NCBI GenBank assembly: GCA_038324715.1
Contig: JBBQIG010000001.1
Span: forward strand, 1 to 27,795
Source: Anaerolineae bacterium
GTDB lineage: Bacteria > Chloroflexota > Anaerolineae > Caldilineales > Caldilineaceae
Length of the DNA: 27,795 nucleotides
Reading direction: 5' to 3'
Below are positions 1-7,464 of this stretch, one piece after another (position 1 is the stretch's first letter; each line of letters starts with the position of its first letter). Under the pieces are notes generated by a model, which was not told where the DNA came from, made no database searches, and saw only the letters and a list, made by a program, of their open reading frames with translations. A program made the translations under genes and the position numbers.

Positions 1-1
1 C

Positions 2-88
2 AAATATCGTAAGTGGACAAGCGGGTTTATGAGCTGCTACTCAAACTATCTGGATCATTATTTCTTTGAAAGCGCCTTAATATCTTGA
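2..88 (+). CDS. Possible 3' end of a CDS entering from the left edge (KYRKWTSGFMSCYSNYLDHYFFESALIS*)
   Basis: Open frame from base 2 to TGA 86-88, 30 bp before the next start. No recognisable motif. Confidence 0.25.
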   Translation, partial: KYRKWTSGFMSCYSNYLDHYFFESALIS

Positions 89-118
89 AACAGAAACTAA
101 ACCATCGAAACTAACTAC

Positions 119-1138
119 GTGACTACAGTGACATCAACATCCAGTGATTGGGCAAAGAAAAACCTTGCCGCCATCCATGCTCGGCTTCAACCGATTCAGA
201 AATTAAAAAGCGGCACCATCTATACCGAACCATCAGGTATCCACTTTCACGTTGTCACCAAGAATGGATCCAGCCTCTGTTTTTGGCTGATTGAACAAAC
301 CGATCCCAGCACGGGCGTTATCCAATCCGAAATCGACCTGGAAAACCCCTTGCTCCTCATGGAACCCTACACACAGGCGATGACGCTGGGACTTTTGTGG
401 AAGCCCCAACCTTGCGCTATCTATATTGCCGGTTTTGGTGGTGGACGAATTCCCCTCGTGCTCCATCACTACCTACCCGATGCACGCATTGATTGCACCG
501 ATATTGAGCCCAATATTGTCTTCATTGCCCAACGCTTCTTTGGCATAGAACTTGATGACCGTCTCCAGGTTACCATCAAAGATGGTCGCCAAGCGTTGGA
601 AGACGCAACAACCTTCTACGACCTGATCTTGCTAGATGTCTTTCTGGACAACGGCTATTCGCCCTATCGGCTGACGACGCTTGAGTTCTACCAACTCTGT
701 CGCGCTCGCTTATCACCAGGAGGGGTGGTCGCCATTAACATTTTAGCAATCGACCCCTTTGCCGCCGCCAAAGCCCGTACCCTGGCAGAAGCCTTCCCCT
801 ATGTCTATTCCTTTGTAGATCCCGAAGAGAATACAATTCTCTTTGCCACCACGAACGAACTGGGCATTGAAGCGTTACATGCACGAGCCGCCAAGTTGGA
901 TGCCATTCACGCCTTTCCCTATCCCTTCCGCGAGCATGGGCAAAATCTAATGATCGGCTTTGGCGATCTAGCAACCGCAGCGGAATCTGCGCCTATCTTA
1001 ACCGACGCCAACCCGCCGCCAGAATACTTCGACATGCTGCCCTCATTTGAGGCCCCCTTCAGCACGGTCGATCCCGATCTACCTTGCCCCTGTGGTTCCG
1101 GACAACGTTTTGCAGATTGTCACAGCGCAATCCCCTAG
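119..1138 (+). CDS. Spermidine-synthase-like class I SAM/dcSAM-binding transferase with C-terminal SEC-C metal-binding motif
   Basis: GTG start. Motifs IAGFGGGRIP, DCTDIEP, DGRQ and YDLILLDVF; the C-terminus has CPCGSGQRFADCH (1085-1123). Confidence 0.8.
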   Translation: MTTVTSTSSDWAKKNLAAIHARLQPIQKLKSGTIYTEPSGIHFHVVTKNGSSLCFWLIEQTDPSTGVIQSEIDLENPLLLMEPYTQAMTLGLLWKPQPCAIYIAGFGGGRIPLVLHHYLPDARIDCTDIEPNIVFIAQRFFGIELDDRLQVTIKDGRQALEDATTFYDLILLDVFLDNGYSPYRLTTLEFYQLCRARLSPGGVVAINILAIDPFAAAKARTLAEAFPYVYSFVDPEENTILFATTNELGIEALHARAAKLDAIHAFPYPFREHGQNLMIGFGDLATAAESAPILTDANPPPEYFDMLPSFEAPFSTVDPDLPCPCGSGQRFADCHSAIP

Positions 1139-1218
1139 GCAATCAACGAACGTTACTCCCTGTATTTCACCTGTACAAGCACTCCATACAAGGAATATAG
1201 CAGCAGAATTAAAGAAAC

Positions 1219-1259
1219 GTTCACATGGCGTTTACACGAGGTCAATCAAGGTGTTAACA
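1219..1259 (+). promoter_or_regulatory. PHO-box-like array (PhoP/PhoB-type direct repeats)
   Basis: GTTCACA (1219), GTTTACA (1230), degenerate GTCAATC (1241) and GTTAACA (1253), with 11/11/12-bp spacing, directly upstream of a phosphatase-like gene. Confidence 0.6.
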
Positions 1260-1324
1260 GAGATGCAGGATGATAAGAAGTCTTAATTTTCGATTTACTC
1301 ATCAACTGCATGAAAGGAACTTCC

Positions 1325-4135
1325 ATGCGTCGTTCACATTCTCTGTTGCTCTTGCTCTTCTCCATTGTAGTTGGCAGTACTGCGTCTGTAGGGCAATTGC
1401 TTGCCGCACCACGACCTCAAGAAACAGTTGATCTAACCGTAACCCCCATAGGAACCTATGCCACAGGCATCTTTGATGAAGGTGCCAGTGAAATCGTCGC
1501 CTACGATGTTGCCAGCCAACGTCTCTTTTCAGTGAATGCAGCGGCTACCTCAATTGACATTCTTGATTTATCTGACCCTACCACACCTACCTTCATCACC
1601 CAGATTGATGCCACGGCATTGGGAGCCAACGCAAACAGTGTTGCCGTTCATGAAGGCTTAGTAGCGGCTGCTATCGAAGCCGAGGCTGTGGGTGAAGCAG
1701 GGATCGTCGCCTTTTATGACATTGATGGCAATTTGCTCAATTCAGTGGAAGTTGGTTTCCTTCCCGATATGGTGACCTTTTCACCCGATGGGCAAAAAGT
1801 AGTCAGCGCCAACGAAGGCGAACCAAGCGATGATTACACCATTGATCCCGTGGGCAGCATCAGCATCATTGACCTGAGTGATGGCATTGAAAATTTGACC
1901 CAAGATGCCGTGACCACGCTGGACTTTTCAACCTTCAATGACACAGAGCTTCCCGACTCGATCCGCATCTTTGGACCAGGAGCGACAGTTGCCCAGGATG
2001 TGGAACCTGAATATGTTGCCATCTCGCCAGACTCCACTACGGCATGGGTGACGCTGCAAGAAAATAATGCCATTGCGGTCGTTGACTTGGAGGCAGGGGA
2101 AATTTCTGAATTACTTCCCCTTGGCACAAAGAACTTCAATGCCCCTGTCGCCACCCTAGAGACCTATACGTTTGACGAGTTACCGCTGCTAGGTACAACC
2201 GAAGCAGGGCAAGAGATCCTGCTGGGCGGCTTCTCTGGCCTCTTCTTTGAGGGCGTCAACGAAGAGACCGGTGCGTTACAATTCATTACCCACCCCGACC
2301 GCGGCCCCAACCCGGAGCCAATCGACACCGATGGCGATGGCGTCAACGAGCGTCCCTTTGCGCTACCCGATTATCAGGCCCAGTGGGTGCGCTTTGAACT
2401 AGACTCCACCACAGGCGCATTGACCATCACCGAGCAAACGCGGCTCAGTAGAGCGGATGGCACGCCCATCAGTGGTCTGCCTAATCTGGCTGGCGAGGAG
2501 GGCATAGCCTATGCCGATGAATTGCCCATTGACCTATTTGGCACACCGCTTGAAAATGACCCCTATGGAGCCGACCTTGAAGGCATTATCCAGGCGGAAG
2601 ACGGAACCTATTGGCTGGTTGACGAATATCGCCCTGCCATCTATCATTTTGATGCCACCGGCGTTTTGATCGAACGTTATGTGCCAGAAGGCTCGAACGA
2701 GAGCGGCGTGGACGTTGGCGTGGAAGCCTTCCCTGCCATCTATGCCCAGCGCCGTGCCAACCGTGGCTTTGAAGCCGTTGCCTATGAGAATGGCATTCTC
2801 TATGCCTTTATCCAAAGCCCAATTGACAACCCCGACCGCACCAATGATGAGAACTCCAAGGCATCAAACTTTGTGCGTATTCTGGCCTTTGATACCACTA
2901 CCGCCACCCCTGTTGCCGAATATCTCTACGAGTTGGATGGTATGCCCGTGGATAAAATCGGTGACGCCGTCGCCTTGGGTAATGGGCAATTCCTGGTGGT
3001 CGAACGCGATGCTGCCGTTGGCCCCCAAGCGAAAAAATTCATCTACAAGATCGACCTGGAAGGCGCAACCAACCTGCTTGAGCTAGACGAGCTTCCTGCG
3101 GGTCTAGAACGCCAAAATCTGTCTGGCTTGGCACGGCTTGGCATTGCACCCGTACAAAAGAGTCTTTATGTAGACTTAAGCGCCATTGGCTATGTGCAAG
3201 GGGATAAGGTTGAAGGCTTGGCCTTTATTGATGAGAATACCCTTGCCATCCTCAACGACAATGACTTTGCAATTTCGGGTAATTTTGATCCTGAAACTGG
3301 GTTACTGGCAGAAAACGAGAATCCGGTTGAACCCGTGTTGGGCATTATTCGCCTACATCCTAACGGTCTTGATGCCAGTAATGAAGATGGCGCAATCAAT
3401 ATTCAAAATTGGCCTGTAGAAGCCTATTACCTACCCGATGCCATTGCTGCCTATACCGCTGCCGATGGTGAAACCTATTATGTGACTGCTAATGAAGGCG
3501 ATACGCGCGATTATGATGGCTATAGCGAAGTCACCCGCATCGGCGACCTACTGCTCGACTTTGCCACCTATCCCGATGCGCTTACCCTTCAAGCTGAAGG
3601 CGCATTGGGCCGTCTGCTGACCAGCACAAACGTTGGAGATGAAGATGGCGATGGACTGGTAGAGCAACTGTACACTTTGGGCGCTCGCTCCTTCACCATC
3701 TGGCGCGCTGATGGCACCGTTGCCTTTGACAGTGGCAGTGACTTGGAAACGATCACCGCAGAACTTTCCCCCGACAACTTTAACTCAAATGGGGGAGCCG
3801 ATGGCTTTGATGGTCGCAGCGACGACAAGGGACCTGAGCCAGAAGCAGTCACCATTGGCGTCATTGGTGAGCGCACCTACGCCTTCATCGCCTTGGAGCG
3901 CACGGGCGGCGTCGCCGTCTATGAGATCACAGAGCCGACCGCAGCCACCTTTGTCACCTATGCCAACAATCGTGACATCACCCTTCCTGCCGATGATCCC
4001 GCAGCTGGTGACAGTGGCCCAGAGAGTATGGCCTTCGTTCCCGCAAGCGACAGCCCAACTGGGCAAGACTTGCTAATCGTGGGCAATGAGGTGAGCGGTT
4101 CCATCACGATCTACGCCGTCGAAACAGCAGAATAG
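1325..4135 (+). CDS. Secreted alkaline-phosphatase-like protein: choice-of-anchor I domain interrupted by an esterase-like phytase-family domain
   Basis: Signal peptide MRRSHSLLLLLFSIVVGSTA; AAAGGA RBS favours ATG 1325 over 1310. Choice-of-anchor I motifs ANEGEP, EPEY, LQENNA, PDAIA, TANEGD, DGRSDDKGPEPE, LERTGG, GPE and GNEVSG. Inner domain motifs HPDRGPN, DLEGI, DEYRP, NRGFEA and KVEGLA. Confidence 0.8.
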   Translation: MRRSHSLLLLLFSIVVGSTASVGQLLAAPRPQETVDLTVTPIGTYATGIFDEGASEIVAYDVASQRLFSVNAAATSIDILDLSDPTTPTFITQIDATALGANANSVAVHEGLVAAAIEAEAVGEAGIVAFYDIDGNLLNSVEVGFLPDMVTFSPDGQKVVSANEGEPSDDYTIDPVGSISIIDLSDGIENLTQDAVTTLDFSTFNDTELPDSIRIFGPGATVAQDVEPEYVAISPDSTTAWVTLQENNAIAVVDLEAGEISELLPLGTKNFNAPVATLETYTFDELPLLGTTEAGQEILLGGFSGLFFEGVNEETGALQFITHPDRGPNPEPIDTDGDGVNERPFALPDYQAQWVRFELDSTTGALTITEQTRLSRADGTPISGLPNLAGEEGIAYADELPIDLFGTPLENDPYGADLEGIIQAEDGTYWLVDEYRPAIYHFDATGVLIERYVPEGSNESGVDVGVEAFPAIYAQRRANRGFEAVAYENGILYAFIQSPIDNPDRTNDENSKASNFVRILAFDTTTATPVAEYLYELDGMPVDKIGDAVALGNGQFLVVERDAAVGPQAKKFIYKIDLEGATNLLELDELPAGLERQNLSGLARLGIAPVQKSLYVDLSAIGYVQGDKVEGLAFIDENTLAILNDNDFAISGNFDPETGLLAENENPVEPVLGIIRLHPNGLDASNEDGAINIQNWPVEAYYLPDAIAAYTAADGETYYVTANEGDTRDYDGYSEVTRIGDLLLDFATYPDALTLQAEGALGRLLTSTNVGDEDGDGLVEQLYTLGARSFTIWRADGTVAFDSGSDLETITAELSPDNFNSNGGADGFDGRSDDKGPEPEAVTIGVIGERTYAFIALERTGGVAVYEITEPTAATFVTYANNRDITLPADDPAAGDSGPESMAFVPASDSPTGQDLLIVGNEVSGSITIYAVETAE

Positions 4136-4171
4136 CCCGATCTGTTGTAACACCAACAATCGAGTCAACAC

Positions 4172-4217
4172 AAAAGAGGGGTACTGTCCCATGTGCGGAC
4201 AATACCCCTCCTAATTT
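4172..4217. terminator. Probable bidirectional intrinsic terminator
   Basis: GAGGGGTA-c-TGTCC ... GGACA-a-TACCCCTC stem (4176-4210) with AAAA on the left and a T-rich run on the right, between convergent genes. Confidence 0.7.
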
Positions 4218-4322
4218 TGCATTTCAGTTCTTTTTAGAATTCAGTGGACTTGTCTCCATCCTTGGAGCAGGACGCCGTTTGAGCCACTCGAGGATGGTTA
4301 AACCGTCAGCAAATCAACCCTA

Positions 4323-5048
4323 CTAGATCTTCGCAGACGCAATAGCTTCTGCCTGAAACTTAAACAACTGCTGAATGCCCATCTCCGCCAACAGTAGCAT
4401 TGCATTGAGTGCGGCGCGGCTAAAGGGTTCACCCTCTGCCGTCCCCTGCACCTCAATAAAACGCCCATCGGCAGCCATTGCCACGTTCATATCCACATCC
4501 GCAGCCAAGTCCATATCATAATTCAGATCGAGTGCCGCCTTACCCTTAACAATGCCCACGCTCACCGCAGCCACTGCTTGTGTAAGTGTCCCAACGGGAA
4601 TGGTCCTCTTTTTCTCCAAGCGTAGCAATGCCAATGCCATTGCGACATAGCCGCCGGTGATCGAAGCGGTGCGCGTGCCCCCATCAGCCTGAATAACATC
4701 ACAATCAATGATGATTTGCCGTTCGCCAAGCTTTTCCAAGTCCACGCCCGCGCGCAGACTGCGTGCGATCAAGCGCTTAATCTCCTGCGTCCGTCCTTTG
4801 GGCGTTAAAGTCTCCCGTTGGTTGCGTTGTGCCGTAGAGCGAGGAAGCATCGCATATTCCGCCGTAATCCAGCCGTGGCGATCTTTGCCACTCCTCAGCC
4901 AGCGCGGCAGATTCTCATCTATGGTGGCGTTGCACAACACCTTAGTTTGGCCCATACTGATCAAGACCGAACCTTCGGGATAGATTACATAATCCAGCTC
5001 AAAATTCACGGGGCGCAATTCGTCTAAGGCGCGTGTTTGCTCTGTCAC
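4323..5048 (-). CDS. rph: Ribonuclease PH
   Basis: [53 protein letters not shown] and EVQGTAEG; GTG start with GAGGA RBS. Confidence 0.97.
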   Translation of the reverse strand: MTEQTRALDELRPVNFELDYVIYPEGSVLISMGQTKVLCNATIDENLPRWLRSGKDRHGWITAEYAMLPRSTAQRNQRETLTPKGRTQEIKRLIARSLRAGVDLEKLGERQIIIDCDVIQADGGTRTASITGGYVAMALALLRLEKKRTIPVGTLTQAVAAVSVGIVKGKAALDLNYDMDLAADVDMNVAMAADGRFIEVQGTAEGEPFSRAALNAMLLLAEMGIQQLFKFQAEAIASAKI

Positions 5049-5216
5049 CAGTTTGTCCTCTCGTTCTTTTAAAAACAGTTCTAGATTTACAGCCTACAAA
5101 TACAGCTGCCTCCATGGGGAGAAAGCCAGTGCAAAGTCCGGTCGCTCTGCCATATAGAAAACAGTCACCTGTTAGGTTCATCTACATTGTGCCCCATGCC
5201 ATCTCCGGAGGACAAC

Positions 5217-5244
5217 AAAAAACCCTTCCAGTACTGGAAGGGTT
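5217..5244 (-). terminator. Intrinsic terminator after the tRNA-Ala genes
   Basis: Perfect palindrome CCCTTCCAGT/ACTGGAAGGG followed by T6 on the minus strand, a few bases past the tRNA 3' end. Confidence 0.85.
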
Positions 5245-5248
5245 GAGG

Positions 5249-5321
<73 letters not shown>

Positions 5322-5357
5322 AAACAAAGGTCTCGACAAATTTTCCTGCCGACCTAT

Positions 5358-5385
5358 ATTCTATTGTTTCTGACCCGCCTGTCAA
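5358..5385 (-). promoter_or_regulatory. Sigma70-type promoter for tRNA-Ala(GGC)
   Basis: TTGACA-16 bp-TAGAAT on the minus strand, about 36 bp upstream of the tRNA. Confidence 0.65.
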
Positions 5386-5458
5386 ATCCAGCTCTAGCAA
5401 ATGGTCTAAAACTTATACCACTCCTCTTGACACTCGCAGGTACATCCTTGGTCAGGAG

Positions 5459-5531
<73 letters not shown>

Positions 5532-5551
5532 GCTTGCGTTGACAAGAAGGC

Positions 5552-5580
5552 AGTATAACAGATGCCCCACCTCTGGTCAA
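5552..5580 (-). promoter_or_regulatory. Sigma70-type promoter with extended -10 for tRNA-Ala(CGC)
   Basis: TTGACC-17 bp-TATACT with TG-n before the -10, 20 bp upstream of the tRNA. Confidence 0.75.
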
Positions 5581-5674
5581 ATCTGGGTGGAAAAAGGGTG
5601 CAAGTAAGGTTGCCTAGTAACCAGCGCCTTCCCTTCTACTTCCACTCCCTCCTGTATGACAACTTCTGATTAGA

Positions 5675-6826
5675 CTAGACTTGATTCGATTGTTGGACTT
5701 CTCCGACGGACAGTTCATCAGCACCTAATTGGTCTACACGCCGAACGGATCTACCCCGCGACGCAATCGCCTGGGCGATACGTTCGGCATCCCTGCTGAC
5801 GCCGTGAACCATCGTCGACGACAATGCGTGGAGGAAGTGCAGACCGACAAAATAGAGTCCAGGTTCGTTTGTGACCACGCCGCTCTGGTGATTTGGTTCT
5901 CCATCCTCAAGCACAGGAAGGTCAATCCACGAGAAGCCGGGGTGGAATCCCGTGCACCAAATAATATTCGCCACATCAAGAACGCTACCATCCTCCAGCA
6001 CGGGCAGCCCATCGCGCACGCCCACGGTCTTGGGGACTCGTTTGATCCCGGCAGCCGTGATGTCGCCAGGCTTGGAGCGTATCAAAGGCCCGCCTTGAGA
6101 AATGACCTTCGGGCGCACCTTTCGACCGATCGGGGTGTTCACGGTCATCACGCGATGGAAGAGACCGCGCAACACGAGACGAACGAGGAGCAATCGTGCC
6201 GCAACGCCGTCAATGCGGAACGGGATGTGACCTGTATCCCGCCCTGACACCCAGGTTGGATGCCCGCGCACGACATCAAGGGCAATCTCAACGCCCGAGT
6301 TGCCAGCACCCACGACGAGGACGCCCCCCTCCCGCAGTTGAGAGGGATTCCGATATTCGCTGGAATGTAACTGAACGATACTCGGATCAAGTTCCTGAGC
6401 AAAGGAAGGCACGCGCGGATGTTGATAGTTCGCCATGGCTACCACCACTTGTTTTGCCTCAAAGCAGTCATCACCTGTCGCCACCACAAAGCTATCCCCT
6501 CGTCTAGAAAGCCTCTCCACCTTGACGCCATTAAGAACTGGCAGTTTAAAGTGCGTTGCGTAGGCCTCAAGATAATCTCCCATCTCATCCTTCGTCGGGA
6601 ACAAGTGAGGTGGCGCGGGGAAGGGCATCCCTACAAGCCCATTGTAGCGGGCAGGGGTAAAGAGACGCAGTGAATCCCACCGCTTTCGCCAGCTGTCACC
6701 AATGCGCTCATTGGCGTCTAGGATAACGAAATCGCATCCCTGCTGTTGCAGGTAATAGCCGGTGGATAGCCCAGCTTGGCCACCACCAATAATGATAGTG
6801 TCATAGGTACGGGTTGGGTTCTTCAT
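5675..6826 (-). CDS. Flavin-containing monooxygenase-like NAD(P)/FAD-dependent oxidoreductase (CzcO/TrkA-like)
   Basis: IGGGQAG (FAD), WRKRWDSLRLFTP, QLHSSEYRNP, VGAGNSG (NADPH), IIWCTGF and PGLYFVG. Confidence 0.88.
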   Translation of the reverse strand: MKNPTRTYDTIIIGGGQAGLSTGYYLQQQGCDFVILDANERIGDSWRKRWDSLRLFTPARYNGLVGMPFPAPPHLFPTKDEMGDYLEAYATHFKLPVLNGVKVERLSRRGDSFVVATGDDCFEAKQVVVAMANYQHPRVPSFAQELDPSIVQLHSSEYRNPSQLREGGVLVVGAGNSGVEIALDVVRGHPTWVSGRDTGHIPFRIDGVAARLLLVRLVLRGLFHRVMTVNTPIGRKVRPKVISQGGPLIRSKPGDITAAGIKRVPKTVGVRDGLPVLEDGSVLDVANIIWCTGFHPGFSWIDLPVLEDGEPNHQSGVVTNEPGLYFVGLHFLHALSSTMVHGVSRDAERIAQAIASRGRSVRRVDQLGADELSVGEVQQSNQV

Positions 6827-6874
6827 TAGGTTCTCTCCTCAGTACTTTCATAACATGGCTGGCATTACTTCCAA

Positions 6875-7309
6875 CTAGCGGGCAACCTTCTCCGGCATAG
6901 GGAGAACGCCAAGCAGCCTCATCAGGCCTAAGTCATCTGCATTCGTCCAGCATTCTACGATCTTGCTGTTGGCGACGCGCTCAACGGTGATTCCTGTGAT
7001 AGTGCCACACTTACCGGTGGGCGAGATGCCCTGGAATTCGCCTGTATGGGTCACTCGGGCTATCCAACGCGTCACGACCTTGTCCCCTTCGGCAATCTGC
7101 TCCTCGACCGAAAACTGAATGTCGGGAAATCCCTGGCGCAATATGGAATAGAACTGCTTGTAGCCGTCGCGCTCATGCGTTTCGCCACTTGGCATGGATG
7201 AATGGCCGATGTAGTCACTGGCAATCAATTCGTCAACGACAGCAAAATTACCCTGATTCCACACTTGCTCAATCGCACGCCTCACCACAGCTTTATTCTC
7301 TTCGGACAT
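6875..7309 (-). CDS. SnoaL-like ester cyclase (NTF2 fold)
   Basis: MSEENKAVVRR, FPDIQFSVEEQIAEGDKVVTRW, THTGEFQGISPTGK and GKIVE-like terminus; GGAG RBS. Confidence 0.88.
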   Translation of the reverse strand: MSEENKAVVRRAIEQVWNQGNFAVVDELIASDYIGHSSMPSGETHERDGYKQFYSILRQGFPDIQFSVEEQIAEGDKVVTRWIARVTHTGEFQGISPTGKCGTITGITVERVANSKIVECWTNADDLGLMRLLGVLPMPEKVAR

Positions 7310-7354
7310 GAGACATCTCCTTTGCCCGTTCTAAATGTGTGCTTCACTTTACTG

Positions 7355-7420
7355 ACTGCAAGTGTACTGCAAGTAGCGGGCGCGGTCATGCCCCCATTGG
7401 GGTATTCGAGCGGGGTATTC
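7355..7420 (-). promoter_or_regulatory. Putative operator region between the LuxR regulator and snoaL
   Basis: GGGGTATTC direct repeat (7399, 7412), 14/18 palindrome at 7388-7405 and ACTGCAAGT direct repeat (7355, 7366; 11-bp period). Confidence 0.45.
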
Positions 7421-7464
7421 TTGCTGGTTGTGAACAAATCGAGGGGAATGGATCGAATAAGTTG

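Noticed and set aside
4229-4313. Minus-strand peptide-like run ADGLTILEWLKRR after rph
   Set aside because: No start codon, preceded by in-frame stops, and too short to call a pseudogene.
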